From assembly GCA_030682255.1 (NCBI GenBank), contig JAUXOK010000009.1, forward strand, positions 50,428 through 114,427: DNA of 64,000 nt, given 5' to 3'. The stretch's first letter is position 1, and every line of letters starts with the position of its first letter. The notes beneath the pieces are model-generated. The model saw only the letters and a program-made list of their open reading frames with translations, ran no database searches and had not been told where the DNA came from. The stretch is from Bacteroidota bacterium (GTDB taxonomy: Bacteria > Bacteroidota > Bacteroidia > NS11-12g > UBA955). Position numbers and translations under genes: made by a program. Of the stretch, positions 49,241 through 60,755 are shown piece after piece.

Positions 49241-49340
49241 AGCAAACCGAATGCGCCCCAAGACCGTAGGCTACCCTGCAAGGGTAGGTACGAAACGCAG
49301 TGAAGTACGGAACCCAAAGGGCGAGGCTAAGGCGCCCCAA
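49241..49340. repeat. GC-rich ~95-bp repeat, right copy; inverted partner at 32266-32362
   Basis: See the left copy. Internal hairpin TACCCT-GCA-AGGGTA. The GC-rich block sits in an AT-rich intergenic region. Confidence 0.85.
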
Positions 49341-49454
49341 TTAATTTTAGATTTATCCTTCGAGAACCTCAGGATGACATATTGAATTAAGTTCCGAAGT
49401 CTCGGAAGAAGATTTTTGATTTTTTAATTAAGCCGAAGTTGATGTTTTCAACAA

Positions 49455-51740
49455 TCAATTGATATCAAAACTCAATCCCATAAAATATCTTATCCCTTGA
49501 TTGGGAGCAAATATATAGGTGGGGTCGAAGGTCATGCCATAAGGATTTTCAGGAGTTTTAAGCACATTGCCTTGTATATCATATTTCACCTGCTTATCGA
49601 AAGGATCATTGGCTCTGGCTATGATAAATGGATTGCCTCTATTGGGGGTGTAGTTTAACAAGTTTTTGATGCCGCCATAAATCTTCATTTTTTTAAATCC
49701 TTGATAGGTGAATTGAATGTTTTGAATGCTCCACCAAGGTGAATTGACCTTTCTTGGGTCGTCTTCACTCAAAACAGGTAAACGCATAGGACTGTATAAA
49801 TTGCCACTGTAATCTATCAATGTTTTAAATCTTTTTAATTTATAAGCAATAGACCAAGTACCAGAAAACTGCTCGGTTAAAACTGGTCTGATTTTTTCAT
49901 GATTCACAATACTTTGAACATCTATAGCCGTAATGCCTATATTGGCATTTAAACCGTTTTGCATGATTAAATGAGCCGACAAACTGGAGCCAAACGTATA
50001 AAAATAGCCATCTATATTGTCGAAAATAATTTTATTGGGGTCGATGTCATAATTGGGCACTATGCGATTCTGAAAATAATTGTAAAACACACTGCCTTCT
50101 ATATTCAACATAGATTTCTTTGGCAATAGGATGGTTTTGCTGTAATTAAAATTGGTATTGATAGATTGCTCGGGCTTTAAAACATTTTCTACCTGAATGA
50201 TTCGAGCACCTGTCATCACGGCATGTTCTTCTGTCAATAAATTGACAACCCTAAATCCTGTGCCAGCATTCAACCTCAAGACAGTTGTGGGATTGTGTTT
50301 ATATTTATAAGCCAAACGAGGCGTAAAAATCAATCCATGCTGAGGATGATAATCGAATCTGATTCCTGTAAGCACTTGATGGGCTTCTGATAATTTTTTC
50401 TCTGCTTGAATAAATAAGCCAGGCAACCATGCCGCTTGATTTTTTAACAAGGAATCAGAAATGAACGCACTCAAGAGATTGTCGCGATAGGTGGTTTGCC
50501 TAAGAGCAACACCCGCAAGAAAATCATATTGTTTCACTTTTTTTTGCCACACAGCTTGAACAAAAAAACTGTTTTGTTTGGCTATATAGCTAGTATTGCC
50601 GTATGCACTGTTTTGATGATGTGCATTGTAGCTAAATTGCAAATTAACTTTTTCTTTGATAGGCAATTGATACACACCAATTAACTCCAATCTATTGGTA
50701 AAAACACTTTCACCATAAACACTGTCTCCTCCTCTGAATGGTCTTTGCCATTGTGTTTCTCCGCCCCATCTGTCTTCGGTTAAAAATCTAACCCCAATGT
50801 TAAACTCTCTTTGTTCTTTTCTTTCAAACGAGATTTTATTAAAAATAGACAATCTGTTTTGTAAAGCAATGTCAGTGAAATTATCTTGATTTTTGTCGAA
50901 AATCTTCGAGTTATAAAAGTGATTGATTCCTGTTAACAGGTTTGTTTTTGAATTAATTTTTAATTTAAACGACAAATCTTGATTAAACTCATGCCAAGAG
51001 GTAGCCATCGAACTAAAAGAAACCAATGGTGCGTATTCGGCTTTTTTGGTTATCACATTAATCAATCCGCCTATTGCCTCGCTGCCATACAAAGAAGAGG
51101 CTGGACCTTTAACAATTTCGATGCGTTCTATCATGGCATTTGGAATACCGCTCAATCCATAAACTGAAGCCAAGCTGCTCACAATAGGCATCCCATCTAT
51201 CAACACCATGGTGTATGGACCTTCCAAGCCATTGATGTGAATATCTCCTGTATTGCAAACACTGCAATTAATTTGTGGTCGAACACCATTGATGGTTTGA
51301 AGTGCTTCAAAAAGATTGGGAGTCATGTTTTTCTTTAAAAAAGAAGAATTATAAGACTCAACAACAATTGGAGACTCATTTTTTGTTGTTTTTCGCATAG
51401 TGCCTGTCATTACAAACTCTCCTATTTGAGCAATCTCCTCTTTTAATTGAATGACAAGCGTTTGATTTTTTAGGTTTTTAAGCATAACACTTTGCTCTTT
51501 TTTTTCAAACCCTACACATTCAATCACCAATAGAATTTTTTCGTTTTTAATATTACGAAACAAAAACCTACCCGAACTATCGCTTCTGCTAAAACCTTTC
51601 GTGCCCTGTATTCTAATAATGGCATTTGAAACCGGTGTTGAATCCTTTAAAAGCAAACCTTTCAAAGCATAATCTTGTGCCATTACAGGTTTCAATCCAA
51701 AGAAGATGCAAATAAATATGAATACTTTAATACCTTTCAT
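49455..51740 (-). CDS. TonB-dependent receptor (metal/siderophore-type) with CarboxypepD_reg N-domain
   Basis: Signal peptide, N-terminal CarboxypepD_reg-like beta-sandwich region (LKGLLLKDSTPVSNAIIRIQG), plug motif IERIEIVKGPASSLYGSEAIGGLINVITKK and a C-terminal barrel ending in F-x-I-N. ATG at 51740 preferred over TTG at 51758. Confidence 0.85.
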   Translation of the reverse strand: MKGIKVFIFICIFFGLKPVMAQDYALKGLLLKDSTPVSNAIIRIQGTKGFSRSDSSGRFLFRNIKNEKILLVIECVGFEKKEQSVMLKNLKNQTLVIQLKEEIAQIGEFVMTGTMRKTTKNESPIVVESYNSSFLKKNMTPNLFEALQTINGVRPQINCSVCNTGDIHINGLEGPYTMVLIDGMPIVSSLASVYGLSGIPNAMIERIEIVKGPASSLYGSEAIGGLINVITKKAEYAPLVSFSSMATSWHEFNQDLSFKLKINSKTNLLTGINHFYNSKIFDKNQDNFTDIALQNRLSIFNKISFERKEQREFNIGVRFLTEDRWGGETQWQRPFRGGDSVYGESVFTNRLELIGVYQLPIKEKVNLQFSYNAHHQNSAYGNTSYIAKQNSFFVQAVWQKKVKQYDFLAGVALRQTTYRDNLLSAFISDSLLKNQAAWLPGLFIQAEKKLSEAHQVLTGIRFDYHPQHGLIFTPRLAYKYKHNPTTVLRLNAGTGFRVVNLLTEEHAVMTGARIIQVENVLKPEQSINTNFNYSKTILLPKKSMLNIEGSVFYNYFQNRIVPNYDIDPNKIIFDNIDGYFYTFGSSLSAHLIMQNGLNANIGITAIDVQSIVNHEKIRPVLTEQFSGTWSIAYKLKRFKTLIDYSGNLYSPMRLPVLSEDDPRKVNSPWWSIQNIQFTYQGFKKMKIYGGIKNLLNYTPNRGNPFIIARANDPFDKQVKYDIQGNVLKTPENPYGMTFDPTYIFAPNQGIRYFMGLSFDIN

Positions 51741-51767
51741 TTCTTTTTCCGTTTGCAAAACTACAAA

Positions 51768-51783
51768 AGTTAGACTAATCTAA
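51768..51783. promoter_or_regulatory. candidate DtxR/MntR-family operator in divergent promoter
   Basis: Perfect palindrome GTTAGA-CTAA-TCTAAC between the TBDR and the DtxR-family regulator. It resembles the GTTAG..CTAAC core of DtxR-type boxes. Confidence 0.4.
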
Positions 51784-51818
51784 CAAATTTTGTTTGAAAA
51801 ATTCATTAACTTTGCAAA

Positions 51819-52532
51819 ATGTTGTCATTTACCGAAGAGAATTATTTAAAAACCTTGATTCAAATATCATTGAAAGAAAATGCAAATGGGGAAAGCGGCA
51901 CCAATGAGTTAGCTGAAAATTTGGGAGTAAAACCATCTACAGTGAATGACATGTTAAAAAAACTGAGAGAGAAAAAACTGATTGATTATGAAAAATATGG
52001 CAAAATAAAATTGACGCCATCTGGCTACAAAACGGGGATGTATATTTTAAGAAAACACAGATTATGGGAAACTTTCTTATACAACAAACTAAACTTTAGT
52101 TGGGACGAGGTTCATCCCATAGCAGAACAACTAGAACATATTCAAAGCGATGCATTGATAGATAAACTCGACCAATTTCTTGGCTATCCAGAGTTTGACC
52201 CACATGGCGATATCATTCCGAATGCAAAAGGCGAGATGAAATATAAATTCAACAATGTGTTATCGATGTTAAACGAGAATGAAATCTGTCAGATGGTGGC
52301 AGTTAAAGACAACAGTGCAGAATTTTTAAAGTATGTGATGAGCGTTGGATTAGGCATCAATAACATCATTAAAATACATTCAAAAAACGCCTATGATGGC
52401 ATGATGAAAATAGAAGTTAATGAGGCTATCTACAATGTGAGTAAGCAGTTTACAGACAATATTTACATCGTTTGCGAAAACTGTTTAAACTCAAAAAAGT
52501 GTCATGCTAACTGCAAAAAACCAGTCATTTAA
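51819..52532 (+). CDS. DtxR/MntR-family metal-dependent transcriptional regulator with FeoA/SH3-like C-domain and Cys-rich tail
   Basis: TEENYLKTL ... wHTH ... RKHRLWETFL ... AEQLEHI ... DPHGDIIP signatures. C-terminal CENCLNSKKCHANCKK. Confidence 0.85.
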   Translation: MLSFTEENYLKTLIQISLKENANGESGTNELAENLGVKPSTVNDMLKKLREKKLIDYEKYGKIKLTPSGYKTGMYILRKHRLWETFLYNKLNFSWDEVHPIAEQLEHIQSDALIDKLDQFLGYPEFDPHGDIIPNAKGEMKYKFNNVLSMLNENEICQMVAVKDNSAEFLKYVMSVGLGINNIIKIHSKNAYDGMMKIEVNEAIYNVSKQFTDNIYIVCENCLNSKKCHANCKKPVI

Positions 52533-52617
52533 TCCGACAAAACATGCCTCTCGTCTTTTTTATCATAAAACATTACATAGTTTTGTAAATTTGCCTTCCC
52601 CTATTTTCTTTACCTAA

Positions 52618-55422
52618 ATGTTTAATTTTTTCAAAATAAGTGTCTTAAGTTTCTTCATTTTTTTTAATTCCCATTTAATTTTTGGACAAAACATCAATGG
52701 TGTAATTAGTTCAATTTCTAGCAAACAAGCGCTACCCAAAGCTAGTATAGGCTTATTAAGACTTAAAGACTCGAGTGTTTATAAAACCACAATAGCTGAC
52801 ACAAATGGCCGATTTTTCATCAGAGAAGTAAATACAGGTACTTATATTTTTAAATGTGATTACATTGGCTATAAAACATTTTATAAAACCATCACTGTTG
52901 CAGACGGAAACAACCGATTGAAAATAGAAATGGAAGAATCAGAAAATATGTTTGGACCAGTTGGCGTAATTAAACAAAGAGAAGCTGTTTCACAAAAAAG
53001 TGATACCATTGAATTTTCCGCCTCCAATTATAAAGTAAATCCTGATGCCAATGTAGAAGATTTGGTCAAAAAAATGCCGGGTGTTACTGTTGAAAATGGC
53101 ACCATCAAAGCACAAGGCGAAGACATTAAAAAAGTAACAGTAGATGGTCAAGATTTTTTTGGAGAAGATGCTGCAGCTGCTCTTAAAAACTTACCTGCAG
53201 AAATCGTTTCAAAAATTCAAGTGTATGATAGAATGTCCGATCAATCGCAATTTACGGGCGTGGATGATGGCAATAGTCAAAAATCATTAAACATCATAAC
53301 TAAATCTGGCAAAAACAATGGTCAGTTTGGTAAAATATATGGCGGTTATGGCACCAACGAAAGATGGGCAGGCGGTGGTAATGTCAATGTTTTCACATCC
53401 AAACATCGCTTTTCGTTTATTGGTATGAGCAACAACATCAACCAACAAAATTTTACAAGCGAAGATATTTCTGGTGTCTTAGGTACTACATCAAACGCAA
53501 GAGGGGGCGGCAGACCGGGGGGCAACAGAGGAGGATTTGGCGGTGGGGCTAGCAATTTTTTAGTAGGACAAAGCAATGGCATCAACACTACTAACTCATT
53601 CGGACTTAATTACACCAAAATAACAAAAGGGAAATTAAAAATAACAGGAAGTTACTTTTTTAATCACAGTAAAAACATCAATGCTTCGCTATCTGATAGA
53701 ACATACTTTTTAAGCAGCGAATTAAATCAATTCTATACTCAATCTGATACAGGTACACGAAGAAATTTTAATCACAGGTTAAACGCAAGATTGGAATACA
53801 ACATAGATTCAAGTAATTCTATCATCTTCACCCCTAGCATCAGTTTTCAAAATTCAGATGCCAAAAGCTTGTTTCTAGGCATCACACAGAATGACACATT
53901 GAGAAAACTGAATCAATCTAGCAGTAATTCTAATGCTAGAAGTGATGGCTACAATTTAAACAATTCCATTTTATGGCGACATAGATTTGCAAAACCAGGA
54001 CAAACGTTTTCTGTAAATTTAAACACTTCATATAACGCTAGCAATAGCAACAATCTTTTAAATTCATCGAATGTCTATTTTTTGCCATTTTATAATTTAG
54101 ACGATTTTAGTCAAAATACAGATCAACTCAATACTGGATTAAACATTTCTCCATCGGTTTCGATTACCCAGCCTTTAAGCAAAAAGTCTTTTATTGAATT
54201 AAACTACAACCCTTCTTGGAATTTTAGCAATCTGGATAAAAACACAGCACGATTAGATACTTTAAACAATCAATACACCATTGTAGACAGTTTATTAAGC
54301 AACCGCTTTAAAAACACTACGCGTTCTAACAAAGTTGGTGCCACCTATAGATACAGCCATGAAAAATGGTCGTTCAACATTGGCGCAGATTACAAAAGCA
54401 CTGTATTAAAAGGCAATGAATTTTTTCCAAGAATCAATTCATTTAGCAGACCATTCAACAACGTGTTGCCCAATGCCATGTTGACCTATCAACACAGCAA
54501 AACAAAAAGCTGGCGATTGTTTTACAGAACAAACACACAACTTCCAAGCATCAATCAATTGCAAAATGTAGTAAACAATAGCAATCCTGTTTTATTAAGT
54601 GGTGGTAATGCATCATTAGAACAAGAATTCTCTCATTCTATATTTACAAGATATTCAAGTACTAACCCAAAAAAAGGCACTAATTTCTTTATAATGGCTA
54701 GCTATTCAATAGTCAACAACTACATTGGCAATAACACTTTTCTTGCTCAAAACGACACACTCATCAATGAAGAAATTTTGCTCAGAAAAGGTTCTCAAAT
54801 TACGCTTCCGGTCAATTTATCAGGCAATAGAAGATTTAGAAGTTTTGCCACTTATGGCTTTCCAATCAAAAAAATAAAATCTGTTTTAAACGCCAACATA
54901 GGACAGACGATTAGTAAAATACCAACATTAATAAACAACAATGTGAATTTTAGCAACACTTACAACTCAAGCGCTGGATTAGTTTTAGCGAGCAATATTA
55001 GCGAAAAAATTGATTTCAATTTGAGTTATAATGTGAACTACAACACCGTGGTAAATTCCTTGCAAAGTAATTTAAACAACCAATACACCATTCAGTTTCT
55101 AAATTTAAAAGCTAATTGGATGCCAAACGATAATTGGGTTTTAACATCAGACGTTAGCAATAGCCAATACAATGGCTTGGGTGTTGGGTTCAATCAAAAT
55201 ATTTGGCTTTGGAACGGTGGCCTGGGTTATAAATTCTTAAAAGAAAAAAGAGGTGAAATAAAATTATCTGTTTTTGACATTCTCAATCAAAACAGAAGCA
55301 TCAATAGAACGGTATCAGAAAACTATATTGAAGATAATTTCACCAATGTTTTAACCCGATTTTTCATGATGACATTTACTTATCAGATTAGAAATTTTAA
55401 ATCGAAGGTAAAAACCAATTGA
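52618..55422 (+). CDS. outer-membrane beta-barrel receptor-like protein (CarboxypepD_reg + OMP_b-brl_3 type)
   Basis: Signal peptide, CarboxypepD_reg-like N-domain, VEDLVKKMPGVTVENGTIKAQGEDIKKVTVDGQDFFG, a G-rich loop and a long barrel ending in F. Confidence 0.75.
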   Translation: MFNFFKISVLSFFIFFNSHLIFGQNINGVISSISSKQALPKASIGLLRLKDSSVYKTTIADTNGRFFIREVNTGTYIFKCDYIGYKTFYKTITVADGNNRLKIEMEESENMFGPVGVIKQREAVSQKSDTIEFSASNYKVNPDANVEDLVKKMPGVTVENGTIKAQGEDIKKVTVDGQDFFGEDAAAALKNLPAEIVSKIQVYDRMSDQSQFTGVDDGNSQKSLNIITKSGKNNGQFGKIYGGYGTNERWAGGGNVNVFTSKHRFSFIGMSNNINQQNFTSEDISGVLGTTSNARGGGRPGGNRGGFGGGASNFLVGQSNGINTTNSFGLNYTKITKGKLKITGSYFFNHSKNINASLSDRTYFLSSELNQFYTQSDTGTRRNFNHRLNARLEYNIDSSNSIIFTPSISFQNSDAKSLFLGITQNDTLRKLNQSSSNSNARSDGYNLNNSILWRHRFAKPGQTFSVNLNTSYNASNSNNLLNSSNVYFLPFYNLDDFSQNTDQLNTGLNISPSVSITQPLSKKSFIELNYNPSWNFSNLDKNTARLDTLNNQYTIVDSLLSNRFKNTTRSNKVGATYRYSHEKWSFNIGADYKSTVLKGNEFFPRINSFSRPFNNVLPNAMLTYQHSKTKSWRLFYRTNTQLPSINQLQNVVNNSNPVLLSGGNASLEQEFSHSIFTRYSSTNPKKGTNFFIMASYSIVNNYIGNNTFLAQNDTLINEEILLRKGSQITLPVNLSGNRRFRSFATYGFPIKKIKSVLNANIGQTISKIPTLINNNVNFSNTYNSSAGLVLASNISEKIDFNLSYNVNYNTVVNSLQSNLNNQYTIQFLNLKANWMPNDNWVLTSDVSNSQYNGLGVGFNQNIWLWNGGLGYKFLKEKRGEIKLSVFDILNQNRSINRTVSENYIEDNFTNVLTRFFMMTFTYQIRNFKSKVKTN

Positions 55423-55424
55423 TT

Positions 55425-56675
55425 TTACTCAATCTCCAAGCCTAAAATCAGACGTCTAAGCATGTCAAAAGCCATATTGCTGCTTCTAAGTATTACATTG
55501 TGTCTATCGCCAATAAAGTGAAACCTTTTAACGATAGTTTCTTTGTCTGAGCAGATTCCTATAACGACTGTCCCCACGGGTTTTTCTTCACTTCCACCGC
55601 CAGGACCTGCTACTCCTGATAAAGCAATGGCATAATCTGTTTTAAGTTTTTCTCTTACGCCATTTACCATTTGTTCAACCACTTGTTCGCTTACAGCTCC
55701 AACTGTTTCAAACAATGTAGATTCAACGCCCAATTGATGATGTTTAACTGAGTTACTATAACTGATAACAGAACCAACAAAAAATTGTGATGCCCCTGGC
55801 AACATGGTTAATTGATGAGAAAGCAATCCACCTGTGCAACTTTCGGCTACACTCAATGATAAATGCTTTGACTTTAATACCCCTGAAATAATTTCAGACA
55901 TTGTTAAATCCTCTTCTGCAACAATGGCGTCTCCAATTAAATCTTTTATCTGATTAGCAAAATGATTAATCTCTTCTTTTATATTCAATTGCCCCGTCAT
56001 TTTTCCAGTTAGCCTCAATCTAACTACATTGAGATTTGGCAAATAAGCCAATGAAATATGAGCAGGCAATGATTCTTCTACATCCTTTATTTTAATTGCC
56101 AACAATGACTCCGGAATATTAAAAGTAACCATAGTTTTGTAAAAAAGCGGTTCCGTTTTAAACTTTTCGCGAATTTTGGGTAATGCTTTGAATTCAAAAA
56201 TATTCTTCATTTCATATGGCACACCGGGTAAACTGATGATAATTTTACCATGATGCTCAAACCACATACCAGGGGCAGTGCCCCATTCATTGTATAACGT
56301 TTCACAACCATCTGGCATTTCTGCTTGCATCACATTTATCTCTAACATTTTTCGGCTTTTTTTCTCAAAAATCTTCTCCAAATTTTGAACAACTTTTTGA
56401 TCAATGCGCCATCCCATATTAAAATATTGCGCCAAAGTAATTTTTGTAATATCATCTTTAGTTGGTCCCAAACCGCCTGTTATAACAATTAAATCCGAGC
56501 GTTCGAGGCTAGTATTTAATTGTGAATCAATAGCTGATTTTTGATCGCTAATAGTAGTTTTGTAAGCCACCTGTATATTGTTTTTGAACAAAATTTGACC
56601 AATCCAAGCGCTGTTGGTATCTATCACTTGCCCAAGTAAAAGTTCGTCTCCTATTGTTATGATTTCTGCTCGCAT
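55425..56675 (-). CDS. cinA: CinA-family competence/damage-inducible protein (MoCF-like N-domain + PncC nicotinamide-nucleotide amidohydrolase domain)
   Basis: MRAEIITIGDELLLGQVIDTNS start, GGLGPTKDDIT, C-terminal SVAESCTGG. ATG at 56675 preferred. Confidence 0.9.
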   Translation of the reverse strand: MRAEIITIGDELLLGQVIDTNSAWIGQILFKNNIQVAYKTTISDQKSAIDSQLNTSLERSDLIVITGGLGPTKDDITKITLAQYFNMGWRIDQKVVQNLEKIFEKKSRKMLEINVMQAEMPDGCETLYNEWGTAPGMWFEHHGKIIISLPGVPYEMKNIFEFKALPKIREKFKTEPLFYKTMVTFNIPESLLAIKIKDVEESLPAHISLAYLPNLNVVRLRLTGKMTGQLNIKEEINHFANQIKDLIGDAIVAEEDLTMSEIISGVLKSKHLSLSVAESCTGGLLSHQLTMLPGASQFFVGSVISYSNSVKHHQLGVESTLFETVGAVSEQVVEQMVNGVREKLKTDYAIALSGVAGPGGGSEEKPVGTVVIGICSDKETIVKRFHFIGDRHNVILRSSNMAFDMLRRLILGLEIE

Positions 56676-56812
56676 TTTATTATCAACATTGTTTAACGCA
56701 AAGATGACCTTGTTTGGCATTTATTTCATATATATTTTTCAACATCACCCTTTTTTATTCTTTTTAACTTCTAAATTTACAACATTAATTAATTTTCTCA
56801 AGATGCCTGAAT

Positions 56813-59800
56813 TTGTTCACTTACATAATCATACCCAATACTCTTTGCTTGATGGTGCTTCCTCTATCTCAAAACTATACAAAAAAGCAGTAAAAGACCA
56901 ACAAAAAGCCATTGCAATTACAGACCACGGCAATATGTTTGGGGCATTTCAGTTTGTTGCCGAAGCCAATAAATACAACACCAAAGACAATCCCAATGTT
57001 ATAAAACCTATTGTGGGTTGTGAGTTCTATTTATCTGAAGACCGTCTTAGAAAAACCTTTACCAAAGATGATAAGGATGTGCGTTATCATCAATTATTGT
57101 TAGCTAAAAACAATGTTGGTTACAAAAATCTTTCTCAATTGTGTTCATTGGGTTATCTTGAAGGCATGTATAGCAAATGGCCTAGAATTGACAAAGCCTT
57201 GATTGCTCAATTTCATGAAGGATTAATTGCCACTTCGTGTTGTTTAGGAGCCATTATTCCCAAAACCATCATGAAAAAAGGAGAAGAAGCCGCAGAAATA
57301 GAATTAAAATGGTGGCTTGATGTTTTTGGAGATGACTTCTACATTGAATTACAAAGGCATAATCTTGCTGATCAAGAAAAAGTCAATGAAGTATTAATCA
57401 AATTTGCACACAAATACGACATCAAAATGATTGCTACCAACGATGCTCACTATATCAACCAAGAGGATTCGGAAGCTCATGACATATTACTTTGCGTGAA
57501 TATGGGTGAAAAGAAAAGTACTGAAAAAGCACTCGATTATGGTGATGAGGATTCAAGCATGAAAGGCAAAAGATTTGCTTTTCCAAACGACCAATTCTTT
57601 TTTAAAACTCAAGCCGAGATGAACCAACTTTTTAAAGACATTCCAGAGTCTTTAGACAATACACTAGAGTTGGCTTCGAAGGTTGAAATATTAAATTTAA
57701 AGCAAGATATATTACTGCCAAATTTTCCAATACCAAATGAATTTAAAACCCACACGCAACAAGAACGGGTAGACGAAAAAACAATTTTGAGTCCTGATAT
57801 GCTCAATCAATGGGAATACTTAAAGGATATTACTTTTAAAGGTGCTAAAATCCGTTATACCGATATTACACCAGAAGTTGAAGACCGCCTAAACTTTGAA
57901 TTGTCGGTTATTCGCAAAATGGGCTTTGCAGGTTATTTTCTTATTGTTTCTGACTTCATCAAAGCAGGCAAAGATTTGGGTGTTATTGTAGGACCAGGAA
58001 GAGGTTCAGCCGCTGGAAGTGCTGTAGCATACTGTATAGGCATTACCAGCATCGACCCCATCAAATACGATTTGCTTTTTGAGAGGTTTTTAAATCCAGA
58101 AAGAAAATCCATGCCCGATATAGATACAGATTTTGATGACGAGGGTCGTCAAAAAGTAATCGATTATGTGGTGGATAAATATGGCAAAGACAAAGTAGCT
58201 CAAATTGTTACATATGGTAAAATGGCAGCCAAAATGAGCGTCAAAGATGTTGCCCGTGTAATGGATATTGAACCTAATGAATCTAACCAACTTACCAAAC
58301 TTTTTCCGACCAAACCAATTGGCATCAACCTCAAACAAATACTACACGATAAAATCGAAGGCGCAGAGGAAGTAATTGAAGAAGAAAACATAGATGGCGA
58401 AAACGACCATGTTGAATCTGAAAACAAAGATGTTGTTGTTATTAGAAAAGATGAAGTGCCGGGTGTAATGAAACTCAGAGAATATTACAACGACCCTAAA
58501 AGCAATTATGGCGAGGTATTGAGGCAAGCAGAATTACTCGAAGGTTCTGTTAGAAACACAGGTGTGCATGCAGCCGGCATCATCATAGCTCCTAAAGACT
58601 TGAAAGAAATTCTTCCTGTTGCAATTTCAAGAGATTCCGACTTGTACTTAACACAATATGACGGCAAAGTTGTTGAAGATGCTGGTGTTATTAAAATGGA
58701 TTTTTTAGGTTTAAAAACTTTATCTATTTTAAAAAACGCAGTAGAAATCATTAAATTAAATCAAGGCATAACAATAGACATTGACAACATACCTTTGGAT
58801 GATCTTAAAACTTTTGAATTGTATCAAAGAGGCGACACATTAGGCACTTTTCAATTTGAGAGCCCTGGTATGCAAAAATACCTCAAAGAATTAAAGCCAG
58901 ATAAGTTTGAGGACTTGATTGCCATGAACGCCCTTTACCGTCCAGGACCAATGGAGTATATTCCTCTTTATATCAAAAGAAAACATGGGCTAGAGGATAT
59001 AGTATACGACATTCCAGAATTAGAAGATTATTTAAAAGACACCTATGGTATCACTGTATATCAAGAGCAGGTGATGTTATTAAGTCAGTCTTTAGGAAAT
59101 TTCAGTAAGGGCAAAGCCGATATGCTCAGAAAAGCAATGGGTAAAAAGAACTTGGCAGATTTGATGAAATTAAAATCGGAGTTTATGGAAGGTGTCAAAA
59201 TCAACAACTTAAATGTAGCAAAATGTGAAAAAATCTGGAAAGATTGGGAAGCCTTTGCCTCATATGCATTTAATAAATCCCACTCCACATGTTATGCCTA
59301 TGTAGCGTATCAAACAGCCTATTTAAAAGCCCACTACCCTTCAGAATATATGGCTGCTGTTTTGTCAAACAACATGAATAACATAGACAAACTAAGTTTC
59401 ATGATGGAAGAATGCAAGCGCATGAAAATCAATGTTCTGTGTCCAGACATCAACGAGAGTGAAATACATTTTTCGGTAAACAAAAAAGGAAACATCAGAT
59501 TTGGATTAAGTGCTATTAAAGGTGTTGGCGGTGCCCCAGCATTAAATATCATAGAGGAAAGACAAGCCAATGGACCCTATAAAGGCATCTTCGATTTAAC
59601 ATCAAGATGCAATCTACGCATACTCAATAAAAGAACTTTAGAAGCCTTGGTAAAAGGTGGTGCCTTTGAATTTGACGAAACCATACACAAAGCACAATAT
59701 TTACATGAAGTGGGCGGAAACTCAGGCGTTGACACTGCTATCAAATTTGGAAATTCATATAAAGCCATGAAAGATAGCGGTCAAAACTCCTTGTTTGGCG

Positions 59801-60513
59801 AAATGAACGATAGCACTATTCCCATTCCTCAATTGCCTAAAGTAGATCACTATACCATCATGGACGAATGTCAATTTGAAAAAGAAGTGATAGGAATATT
59901 TATTAAAAACCATCCCATAGACACCTATCAATTAGAATATAAAACTGTTGTTAATTGCAGTTTAAACGAACTCAAAGAACTAGAGAATATCAAAGACAGC
60001 ATCAAACAAAACATCATTGTGGCTGGCATTGTAGTTAAAAGCGAAATATTTACATCCAAAAAGAACATCAAATTTCACAAATTCGTATTACAAGACTACG
60101 ATGGAGAAATGGAGTTTTTCCTTTCTGAAAGAATGCTAGATGAGTACAGTAAAATCATAGATGTTAACGAATTTATTTTAGTAAAATGCAGTGCCGTCTT
60201 TAATGATTACTCTCAAAAATTTAGACTCAACATTTCGCAAATGCATCGTATGGAATACATTCGCAAAAGCTATTTTACTGCTTTAAATCTTTTAATTGAT
60301 GTAAACAACATCAACGAATTGGTATTGAATGATTTGGACACCATCTTAGACAAATATACAGGCGAAAAAACAGTAGAATTTAATTTGTCTGATGTTGAAA
60401 AAAAATACAATGTCAAAACATATAGTAGCGATAAGAAAGTGAATATTTGTGATGAGTTGATCTCAGAATTAAATAAAATCAATATCCTGTATAAAATTGT
60501 TACAAAAAACTAA
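56813..60513 (+). CDS. dnaE: DNA polymerase III alpha subunit
   Basis: PHP-domain start FVHLHNHTQYSLLDG, polymerase core motifs (GPGRGSAAGS, PDIDTDF) and an OB-fold C-terminus. ATG at 56813. The upstream ORF extension overlaps cinA and is rejected. Confidence 0.95.
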
Positions 60514-60755
60514 AGTTGTACCATTTTATTTAGTTTAAATTAGTCCAAAGGTTATACAATTTTGATTTGTAATTAATCCAAAATTGTGTGGTATAATGCC
60601 AAAGCAATAGCTGTTGATTACAATGCAATTGAACTGAAACAGATATGCTTTAGGTACAATTGGAATATTACAGACATACTTACATTATAAATCGTAAGCG
60701 AATGAAATACACACAAAAACCCGTCAATGGCATTTTTTAAAAATCATCACAGGGT

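Noticed and set aside
32266-49340. Calling the island an integrative element, ICE or prophage
   Set aside because: It has no integrase, excisionase, transposase, conjugation or phage structural genes, no flanking tRNA and no direct att-like repeats. Only inverted GC-rich repeats are present, so a mobile_element feature is not supported.
56614-56812. N-terminal 66-aa extension of dnaE given in the ORF track
   Set aside because: The extension overlaps the cinA coding region on the opposite strand and is hydrophobic junk. The canonical PHP-domain start MPEFVHLHNHT begins at 56813.
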